Source of the DNA: a virus
Lineage: Duplodnaviria; Caudoviricetes
IMG/VR virus record: IMGVR_UViG_3300021400_001413
Span: 15,327-79,326 of that record
DNA length: 64,000 bases
Strand: one strand, 5' to 3'
The position numbers were made by a program, and so were the translations under genes. The notes beneath the pieces are model-generated. The model did no database searches, had not been told where the DNA came from, and saw only the letters and a list, made by a program, of their open reading frames with translations. Shown here piece by piece: positions 10,447 to 17,879 of the stretch (position 1 is its first letter; each line of letters opens with the position of its first letter).

Positions 10447-11117
10447 TGATTCTGCTGGGGCTCGAACCCAGGACCTACTGCTTAGTTTGCTACTCTATGT
10501 TACCATAGCCAAACAAAGATAGTATCCTTTCTTCCTCCTCCTAAGTTTCCCCAGGCGATACTAAGTTATTTCATAGGGCTAACCCTTTGTTTGTTGTAGT
10601 CTGGAATACATTATTACTATATTGAAATTCTTGCAAGATTAGATTTACTTATATAGTCCTTTCTTTTATTTTTCCGTATCTTGTCCTACAGCTTAACGTA
10701 TTCACCATAGGGGAGCGCAGTTTATTTCACCTGAAAATACTTAAACTAACTTCATAAGTCTAAAATTTCAACTTAGGCATTCTTATCAGATACATCTGAA
10801 TAGAATGTGAGGGTATTCAATATATTTCCCTCATATCTCCTATATACTCTCTACACATTTATGAAGGAAGAAACTCATATTCATTTCTTTGTAGATTGAC
10901 CTTCAATTTAGCACGGTATTATCCTTACACATTATTGGTTAGTGTTGTGGTTCCTCCGCCATACTTAAGCCACACATTATAAATTGCAGGTTTGAAGGGA
11001 AGGACTTTCACCGTTTTAGGGAGATTCTACTATGGGATTTCTCGCCATAGCACTCCTGTTTATTTATTCACAGAAACATTTGAAGGCAGTTGCTCTATCC
11101 AGCTGAGCTACAGAACC
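10447..11117 (-). tRNA. tRNA-Arg(UCU), intron-split (exon 1 11117-11083, exon 2 10485-10447)
   Basis: Joined exons read GGTTCTGTAGCTCAGCTGGATAGAGCAACTGCCTT|CTAAGCAGTAGGTCCTGGGTTCGAGCCCCAGCAGAATCA. This is a full cloverleaf with anticodon stem ACTGC/GCAGT, loop CU-UCU-AA, TTCGA T-loop and the A20 Arg identity base; CCA is not encoded. Confidence 0.9.
10486..11082 (-). mobile_element. group I-like intron (597 nt, no homing endonuclease ORF)
   Basis: Core pairings in canonical order on the minus strand: P3 AUCUCC(C)U 11025-11018 / AGGAGAU 10841-10835; P4 ACGGUG 11014-11009 / UACCGU 10918-10913; P5 GUCCUU / AAGGAU; P7 GAGAGUA 10851-10845 / UAUUCC 10608-10603; GNRA hairpin CUAUG-GUAA-CAUAG 10508-10495. 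Confidence 0.8.
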
Positions 11118-11140
11118 AAAAAATCCCTCCGCTGAGGGAT
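11118..11140 (-). terminator. terminator-like hairpin directly 5' of the tRNA
   Basis: ATCCCTC-AGCG-GAGGGAT followed by TTTTT, then tRNA G1. Confidence 0.5.
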
Positions 11141-11247
11141 GAAATTTAAAACTATAAATATTATAACCTACTATCACAGTAGAATTAATAAAAATGAAAA
11201 ATACCTATAAACCTAAAACAATTATGCAAAAAATGTATTTTCATGTG

Positions 11248-11277
11248 CAAAAGTAAGATATTAATTCTCAATGCAAA
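11248..11277 (-). promoter_or_regulatory. Bacteroidota housekeeping-sigma promoter for the tRNA
   Basis: TTTG (11277-11274), 18 nt spacer, TACTTTTG (11255-11248). Confidence 0.6.
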
Positions 11278-11470
11278 TATAGTTTAGATAAATCCTTAGA
11301 TTTTATTATTTCTACACTATATCTTTGTCTATATCCCAATTACCCCCACCAAGACAGTCATGCCAATTTTCATCTTTATTGATAAGGTCTTTGTGGTAGA
11401 TAGGATAGCCAAAGCGAAGTTTTATATTTCCACTTTTATCCAATATTAATATATATTTCTTTTGTCTCAT
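11268..11470 (-). pseudogene. possible frameshifted small gene
   Basis: MRQKKYILILDKSGNI in one frame; LRFGYPIYHKDLINKDENWHDCLGGGNWDID in another frame after about 11420. Confidence 0.35.
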
Positions 11471-11475
11471 AGCTC

Positions 11476-11937
11476 CTACTCTTTAAATAGTTTAGCAACT
11501 CTATTATTCATCTCTTTATAGGTCATAGATTTTGGCCAATCACCAAATAACATGCCCATGCGGAAATGTTCTTTTTTACCAAAATGAGGAGGATTGAGTT
11601 TTATCTCTTCTCCGGATAATCCCTGAAGTCTGCTAAGTACTAATAGTATGATTGCTCTATTATAAGTGCATTCATAAATATCTGAATACCTATTTACCTC
11701 ATTCCAGAAAGATGCAAAAGAACACAAGTAACCACTGGAGAATTTTTTATCTTGCGCTTCATAGATTCTCTCAAGAATATTAAGCATGAAATAAGCTAAT
11801 TCGTCGTCTCTTTTAGGTGTCCATCCATATATTTTTGATAGAAGGTAACCTAAATCTTCATACAGATCTATCCTTTCATACCATCCTTTTGCGTAAAGGA
11901 CAATATCATTATAAATAAAATCTACAATCTGTTTCAT
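11476..11937 (-). CDS. hypothetical protein
   Basis: 153 aa with an AGGAG-containing, A-rich leader. Confidence 0.6.
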   Translation of the reverse strand: MKQIVDFIYNDIVLYAKGWYERIDLYEDLGYLLSKIYGWTPKRDDELAYFMLNILERIYEAQDKKFSSGYLCSFASFWNEVNRYSDIYECTYNRAIILLVLSRLQGLSGEEIKLNPPHFGKKEHFRMGMLFGDWPKSMTYKEMNNRVAKLFKE

Positions 11938-12161
11938 AATTATGTCTCCTATGTTTTAATTGTTGTAAGTATTTAGTCCCACAATGACTTCGATGTCAAC
12001 CTACTTCACAGTAGAAAGTCTACCTATTTGATACTATCTCATTAGACTGTTGCGGGTATAGCAAATCCTATAAAAAGACAAAAAGTGCTATAGAGTTTGA
12101 TTACAAGGGATTTTGTGATGCATTTGAAAGTTGTTGCAAAAGGGAGAGGGTGTATTGTGTA

Positions 12162-12189
12162 CCAATTACACCCAATTACACCAATTAGA
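12162..12189 (+). repeat. tandem repeat CCAATTAC/GA x3
   Basis: Copies at 12162, 12172 and 12181. Confidence 0.7.
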
Positions 12190-12569
12190 AACACTTTAAA
12201 CACCTGCACTAATTATCTGTTAATCAATGATTTATCACTCATTAAGAAGGTGATGAAGGTTTTCTCTTTCTATTATATAATATGTACACGTACATTATAT
12301 ATTTAAATACAAACCATAAACACACTACCACATTCCCAAATACCATTAGTGATTATAAGGGAACCATTACATCTTTCCTATTCAAAACTTTATTTAATTT
12401 CAGAGTGCTATATACGCATTATACAACCTATTTTTTCTTCAAACTTTGCCTTAAATAGAAGTATAGAAGATAGATTATCATCTATCTTCATTCTCATCTC
12501 TTCTAAAGAAAGAAATATATAAAGAAAGAAAGGTTTCTCTTCTCCTTATAATATTGTAAAGAATTAAGA

Positions 12570-12631
12570 ACTATGCATCCTATTTGAACTATGTGTTCTA
12601 CTTAAACTATGTGTACTATGTGTACTATGTG
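12570..12631 (+). repeat. ACTATG(TGT) repeats on a 9-nt register
   Basis: Copies at 12570, 12588, 12606, 12615 and 12624. Confidence 0.7.
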
Positions 12632-12696
12632 CAATAGACAAGAGAAAACCAAATCCCCTCAGCTCCACTGGGGAGCCAAGGGGTTGAAGACCACTG

Positions 12697-13074
12697 TTAG
12701 AAGCTGGCGGCAGTCTTGGCAAGGTCTTCCTGGTTAGAGAGGCCAACACAAGGAACCCAAGCCTTGGTTTCTGGGTTGAAGCTCTCAAAGAAGCAGAGGT
12801 TGTGCTTCTTCTCAACCAACTCAGAAGGTGACATACCCTGGAGCTTCTTGCCAAGGTAATACCTGCCAACTTCAGCATCACCAGCATTGAAGAGGAAAAG
12901 CACATGCTTCTTCTCATTCTCAACTGTGTTCAGCTTGCAGGCACCTCTGGCATTGGTCTCATCACCAAAGGATACACTCTGTGTCAGGTAGCTGATAGAG
13001 CCATTGTCACTTGTGATTTTGGTCACGTTGTTTCTGTTCTCGAAGCTGTTAAGAGTCTCGCGTATCATAAGCAT
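12697..13074 (-). CDS. hypothetical protein, first gene of the leftward block
   Basis: 125 aa; most plausible of three overlapping frames by orientation. Confidence 0.55.
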   Translation of the reverse strand: MLMIRETLNSFENRNNVTKITSDNGSISYLTQSVSFGDETNARGACKLNTVENEKKHVLFLFNAGDAEVGRYYLGKKLQGMSPSELVEKKHNLCFFESFNPETKAWVPCVGLSNQEDLAKTAASF

Positions 13075-13229
13075 TTGTGGAGAAGGAATACGACTACCTT
13101 TGGGAAGTTAACTAATCAAAGTCTCACCCTGAGACACCTTCCCTAAAGGCAGAGGGGGTAGAACCCACTCCTCCGAAGGCAGGTAGGGGTATGGGGTGGC
13201 TATTCTCCCCTTGCATCACTATGAAACAA

Positions 13230-13339
13230 AAAAATTCTGGGGAAAAATTTTTGGAAAAATTCCTCTCTTGTATACCCACAAAACTTTTTGAAAATCAGAA
13301 AAATTTCCAAAAAATTTTAGAAAAAAATTAGGAAAAATT
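13230..13339 (+). repeat. phased A-tract array (AAAAATT x7)
   Basis: Starts at 13230, 13243, 13255, 13299, 13310, 13323 and 13333. Confidence 0.75.
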
Positions 13340-13614
13340 CCCCAATAATTTCTCTTGTTTTCCCTAAATCTTTTCTTCAAACAACTGGCAGAAAAAAGAA
13401 TAATTTTATATTGGCAAATTACCAGCAAATAGAAACTTATTGATTATCAACAGCTTACTTTCTTTTTGGATTTTCTGCGCAAGTAAAAACAGCACTCGCT
13501 TCTCTATAACCCCTGTCTACTTAACCACTTAATAAAGATTAAACTTTCCCCATAAATAGTATATCGTTAAAGAATTATTATTATCTTTGCAGAAACAATC
13601 TAAAGATAACTATT

Positions 13615-13767
13615 ATGGAAGAGAAAAAAGATCCTTGGTGGCTTAAGCCATTAGTATTATTATTTGTATTATTTGTGCTTTTTGGTATGGTTTCAATGTG
13701 TAATCATAGTCTTAAAGAAAGTAGTGGAGTAGGTATAGAATCTACCATAAAAAGTCATGGAGATTAA
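13615..13767 (+). CDS. small single-pass membrane protein (50 aa)
   Basis: MEEKKDPWWLKPLVLLFVLFVLFGMVSMC...; TATCTTTG promoter element at 13582-13589. Confidence 0.55.
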   Translation: MEEKKDPWWLKPLVLLFVLFVLFGMVSMCNHSLKESSGVGIESTIKSHGD

Positions 13768-13849
13768 AAAGATATTAAAATAAATGTTAATAACTTCATT
13801 TTATATCTATAAAGTCACCTTTATATTATAAATAAGGTGTATTTTTGCA

Positions 13850-14320
13850 CCAGCATCCAGTGAGATGTTGTAGCAAGTACTTATGCCATGCTGGTTAAAA
13901 TTGCTGCTTTATTGAGAGAAGTGTTTCATAGTTGAAGTCTTGATTCTACCAACTTGATTGGAGGTAAAGGACCACAAGAAGGGTACAGGTAAAGAATCCT
14001 AGGGTGTAAAAGAGACAGAGAGCCTATAGTTACTGTTCATCTGGAGACCCGCAAGTCAATGAAGGATGTTCTAGGAGGCAAGACGGGGATGGATGCTAGG
14101 TTACACAGCAAGCGAAAATCTTGCAACCCAGGGCTTAAAGAAGGTTTTGCCCAAGGTCTCTTAATGAAGAATTAACAATTTTAAATTAGTAAATAAGGAA
14201 TGAGGAATGGCATGTCTTGTTTTGAAATATTGCCTTTACCGCCTGGGGTTGAAGACCCAGAAAAACATAGGAGGACACCTGCCAAATCCGTCTAAATCTC
14301 TTGGGTGTCCTCCGTTTTTT
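13850..14320 (+). ncRNA. candidate large structured ncRNA
   Basis: TATTTTTG at 13840-13847; closing hairpin GGAGGACACC 14270-14279 / GGTGTCCTCC 14304-14313 plus T6; several long-range complementarities; no credible ORF. Confidence 0.6.
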
Positions 14321-14403
14321 ATTTTTAGAGATATAATTGTTTTATTTACTAAGAACTGTTATTTGGATTCTTTTGTTTATATTTGCAGCAAAATATATAG
14401 ATT

Positions 14404-15906
14404 ATGAAAGTTTGGAATGAATTATCAATGGCAGAGAAAGCTGATGTGATGAAGCTTGCTATAGAAGGAGGTGTCTATGATTTAGATGCCATCAGGTCTG
14501 GGTATAATGAGTATGCCAAAGGTGGAAAGATACATATTGATCCAAGTAAGAAGGGAACCTTTACAGCAGCTGCCTCTAAACATGGAATGGGAGTACAGCA
14601 GTTTGCCTCTAAAGTATTAGCACATCCAGAGAACTATTCTCCTGCTATGAGAAAGAAAGCCAACTTTGCTAGAAATGCAGCCAAATGGAAGCATGAAGAT
14701 GGAGGAAGTTTGTATGCACATGGAGGAGAATTAGGAAATTATTATGATGGTTGGGGAGATGCTTTGAATTTCTTGAAGAAAGGATGGAATAAAGTTAAAG
14801 ATGCTGTACAAGCATCTGCTGTTTATGAGAATCCTGCTGTTATGATGGCAGCGGGTCAAAAAGTTAACCAACAGGGAAAAGTGGAATATAATCATATAAA
14901 TGATAATGAAGTTAAACAGCTAAGAAATAACCTTGCCACTTTAGGAGAAGGAGCTTTGAGTGCTGTTACAGCTACAGGAGATGTAGAAGCTGCATATAAT
15001 ATGTTAAGACATCCTGTTCAGACTGCAAAGGCAATAAAAGCCAGTTTAAAGCCCGTTTATAATAAAATTGCTAACAAGAGTAAAGCAAAAGTTCTTGAAG
15101 AAGAAAGTTTTATTCCAGACTATATTAAAAGAAAAGTAGGTAGTAACATCACTGAAGAATCCGTAGTAAAGGATATTAATAAAGCTAAGGACTATAAAGA
15201 ATCAGATGGTTATAGAAAGTTAGTTGAATCTTTCATTGCTGAAGCTGGGGATAATAGCATTCCTGTTGATGCCTTTTACAGGAGCAGAAAATCTGTTCCA
15301 GAGATAATATTGGAAAAAAGACCTGACGGACATCTAGGTGGATACAACTATCACGACAACAGATTGTCTGTTGATCCAGCACAAGCCACAGAAGACGTTC
15401 CATTTCACGAGGGCTTACATTGGCAAAGAATAGGAAAGCCTGAGGTAGAAAGAGGAGAAGCTTATGAAGCCTGGGCCAAGGCATTTGATGAGAATGCTCC
15501 TGAAGAAATCCAAGATGCATTATTTAATAAGTATTATAATTCAGAACTTGGAAAGCAGGCAATGAGACAGGAAAAAGCCATTAAAGATTTGTACGATAGA
15601 AAAGTTGAAGATGTTTTGTATTCAGATGTTTCTAAAAACAGTGAAATGCGAAAACATGAAGAATTACTTGCACATACATGGGGAGTTGGAGAATCTTTAG
15701 GATTAGAAGCTTTTCAGGATTATCCAGGAATGGCAAAGGCTTTAGATACAATAGAAAAAGCCAGGAAAAAAGATTCATTTTTGTGGGATGTAAAGGCAGG
15801 AACACAAGATGAAGTTCAAAATTTCTGGAAATTATTAACTGGTAATTATGCACCGTCTGTAATGATTGGAACATCTGCATTAGGATTAGAAGAACTAAAA
15901 AAATAA
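14404..15906 (+). CDS. putative virion cargo protein: AxGG-bounded N-terminal module plus zincin metallopeptidase domain
   Basis: YAKGG, HEDGG and YAHGG flank an IHIDPSKKGTFTA...ANFARNAAKW module recalled from crAss-like proteins; HEGLH with a downstream E (KHEELLA); TATATTTG promoter at 14378-14385. Confidence 0.6.
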   Translation: MKVWNELSMAEKADVMKLAIEGGVYDLDAIRSGYNEYAKGGKIHIDPSKKGTFTAAASKHGMGVQQFASKVLAHPENYSPAMRKKANFARNAAKWKHEDGGSLYAHGGELGNYYDGWGDALNFLKKGWNKVKDAVQASAVYENPAVMMAAGQKVNQQGKVEYNHINDNEVKQLRNNLATLGEGALSAVTATGDVEAAYNMLRHPVQTAKAIKASLKPVYNKIANKSKAKVLEEESFIPDYIKRKVGSNITEESVVKDINKAKDYKESDGYRKLVESFIAEAGDNSIPVDAFYRSRKSVPEIILEKRPDGHLGGYNYHDNRLSVDPAQATEDVPFHEGLHWQRIGKPEVERGEAYEAWAKAFDENAPEEIQDALFNKYYNSELGKQAMRQEKAIKDLYDRKVEDVLYSDVSKNSEMRKHEELLAHTWGVGESLGLEAFQDYPGMAKALDTIEKARKKDSFLWDVKAGTQDEVQNFWKLLTGNYAPSVMIGTSALGLEELKK

Positions 15907-15910
15907 AAAC

Positions 15911-16126
15911 ATGGATAACTGTTTTTCCGGAGACAAGAGGGGTAGAAATGCTTCAGAAAACCATGAAGATAAAATAGCTGCCATAGTAGAGGACAGATAT
16001 AAAAAACTCTGTATTAAATCGGAGAGCAAAAATACCTCTATTGAAACACAGGAAAGAATAGAAAAATATAACGAATACCTCAGGGATTGCATAGAAGAGA
16101 GGGTAAGGAATAATGCAGAAGAATAA
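15911..16126 (+). CDS. hypothetical charged helical protein
   Basis: 71 aa, 4 nt after the preceding stop. Confidence 0.45.
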   Translation: MDNCFSGDKRGRNASENHEDKIAAIVEDRYKKLCIKSESKNTSIETQERIEKYNEYLRDCIEERVRNNAEE

Positions 16127-16228
16127 TCTCTATTCATTACCCCTCTTAAGCTGCCCTTTAAATAAGCACTTTCTTAAAATCGGCAATATTATTAAAGTTT
16201 TACTGCCGATTCTGTAATTATAAACTGC

Positions 16229-17383
16229 TTATTCAAGATTTTGGGCTTTTTCTTTAATAGCATCCACCACAGTCTCATCAAGAAGCTTGGCATATATTTG
16301 CTCTGTTATCTTCAAAGATGAATGTCCACATATCTTAGTGACTATCTTCATATCTATTCCTTCGTTAAGGAGGATAGTTGCTCCAGTATGTCTAGCCCAG
16401 TGTGTAGTTAATCCAACATCTAACCCTGCTGCTTGTGCTACATTCTTCAAGTAGAGATTATATTTCACATTACTTATTATAGGTAATACCCCTCTGTATT
16501 TAGCAAGAATATCAAGAGCAGGCTGGAGTAGGGGAATAGTAGTACTTTTCTTTGTCTTCTTCTGATTGAACTTATAGACTTCTGTACCATTAATGATTAC
16601 TATATTGTTAGGATTGAATCTTGCAAGATCTGAGTATCTCAGGCAAGTATAAGTCTGGAATACAAATAAATCTCTGACTCTTTTAAGACTATCTGTAGGC
16701 ATCTTAGCAATTCTTAATTGATGGAATTCATTTAAAGTCAGACATTTATCCAAACTATTATTGTCCTTTCCTTTATCTATATTTACCCACTTATATGGAT
16801 TTCTTTGCAGTAGCCCGTCATCAATTGCATCTAAGATAAAACTATTAAGAAAGCGGTGGTAGTTCTGCCATTTGCTGTAGTTCTTCATACCTTGGTGTAT
16901 AAGGTATTTGTCATAAGCTATGATATTACTGTCATTGATATCATTGAATGTCTTTATCTTTCCCCAGGAAGTGAATTTCCTGAGAAACCTTTCATATCTC
17001 TGCTGGGTGTCTTTCTCTTTACCGTACTCTCTTACAGCAGCCCTCTGGTTACAAAAATCAATGAATCCGATTTTATCAAGCTCTTTCCTGTTGAGTCTAT
17101 CCTGAATAGTGAATATATCAATATTGTCTTCTTGGATCATATCTATTAGCACCTGTCTTACATTAGATACAAGCTTATCAAGAACCTGACTTATCTGAAG
17201 GATATTATCACAGTTGGTTATCTTGCCATCTTTCCATTGATTAGGATATAACCATATTCCAGTACTGAGGTATTTCTGTTTTCTGTTGTGAGTTACTCTG
17301 ATTTCTACTACAGCTTTGGTCTTTGCATCTGCTTTCTTATACCTATTATATATAAGGTGTATTTGTGGAAATTTGTTATTCAT
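16229..17383 (-). CDS. int: tyrosine integrase, Bacteroidota type with arm-binding N-terminal domain
   Basis: N-terminal VEIRVTHNRKQKYLSTGI arm-binding module; catalytic set intact: CLRYSD (R), KTKK (K), HWARH (HxxR), GHSS (H), QIYAK (Y). Confidence 0.92.
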   Translation of the reverse strand: MNNKFPQIHLIYNRYKKADAKTKAVVEIRVTHNRKQKYLSTGIWLYPNQWKDGKITNCDNILQISQVLDKLVSNVRQVLIDMIQEDNIDIFTIQDRLNRKELDKIGFIDFCNQRAAVREYGKEKDTQQRYERFLRKFTSWGKIKTFNDINDSNIIAYDKYLIHQGMKNYSKWQNYHRFLNSFILDAIDDGLLQRNPYKWVNIDKGKDNNSLDKCLTLNEFHQLRIAKMPTDSLKRVRDLFVFQTYTCLRYSDLARFNPNNIVIINGTEVYKFNQKKTKKSTTIPLLQPALDILAKYRGVLPIISNVKYNLYLKNVAQAAGLDVGLTTHWARHTGATILLNEGIDMKIVTKICGHSSLKITEQIYAKLLDETVVDAIKEKAQNLE

Positions 17384-17491
17384 TGTTAAATTTTTAATTT
17401 GTACGTGAAATGGAGATAAAATGTATTATAGCAGGGGAGAGGAGTGTGAACTCTATAATACATTTATAATACATTAATAGGAGAAAAATAA

Positions 17492-17516
17492 AAAGGGAGA
17501 CCTGAGGACTCCCTTT
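17492..17516 (-). terminator. intrinsic terminator downstream of the att core
   Basis: AAAGGGAG/CTCCCTTT stem followed on the minus strand by TATTTTT. Confidence 0.65.
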
Positions 17517-17573
17517 ATTTACTTGAAAAGCAGAGGGTAAGGGGTTGGGACCCTATAGCCCTATTCTTTTTCC

Positions 17574-17598
17574 TTGCGGAAGGTGAGGGATTCAAACC
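17574..17598 (-). other. attP core: 3' end of a tRNA-Ser-like gene
   Basis: Minus strand GGTTTGAATCCCTCACCTTCCGCAA gives a T-loop-like TTTGAAT, 3' T-stem CCCTC, acceptor strand ACCTTCC and discriminator G (Ser-like); no 5' tRNA half is present. Confidence 0.75.
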
Positions 17599-17725
17599 TT
17601 GTAACCTATTTATACTATATATGTACCAGAGAATCACATATTTATCATTATAATACTATGGAGCATTAATCATAAGCTATAATACTTTTATAATACATTT
17701 GTTCATTTCGGGATTATTTCTGCCG

Positions 17726-17733
17726 CAAAATTA
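17726..17733 (-). promoter_or_regulatory. -7 promoter element pointing across attP toward int
   Basis: TAATTTTG on the minus strand. Confidence 0.45.
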
Positions 17734-17879
17734 AGGTTTTAAATTTGAATTTTGAGTTAAACCTGTGAAAAAGAATGTTAACGGATTCATTATAATGAGT
17801 AAATAATTGATTAGCAAACTAGTTAATAGTATATTTGCAAACAGTTACTCATAGTGTTATACTTAAAACCAAAATTATA

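Larger units (their letters stand above)
17419..17700. repeat. arm-type repeats TATAATAC(ATTT) flanking the att core
   Basis: Inverted copy 17419-17430; direct copies at 17454, 17465, 17649, 17678 and 17689. Confidence 0.75.

Noticed and set aside
11076-11090. Reading the tRNA as an opal suppressor (loop CU-UCA-AA from exon 1 alone)
   Set aside because: The body has Arg identity (A20), exon 2 supplies CUAA giving UCU, and TGA is used as a normal stop in this phage.
11166-12017. CRISPR array
   Set aside because: Only two non-identical hairpins about 830 nt apart with genes between them; no repeat-spacer periodicity and no cas genes.
14207-14407. 66-aa ORF upstream of the zincin cargo gene
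   Set aside because: It runs through the closing hairpin and a promoter; better explained as the ncRNA 3' region.
12222-17812. IHF consensus matches (WATCAANNNNTTR) at 12222, 13445 and 17812-17800
   Set aside because: A rough hand estimate gives several chance matches in a 64-kb AT-rich window, so they are not significant alone.
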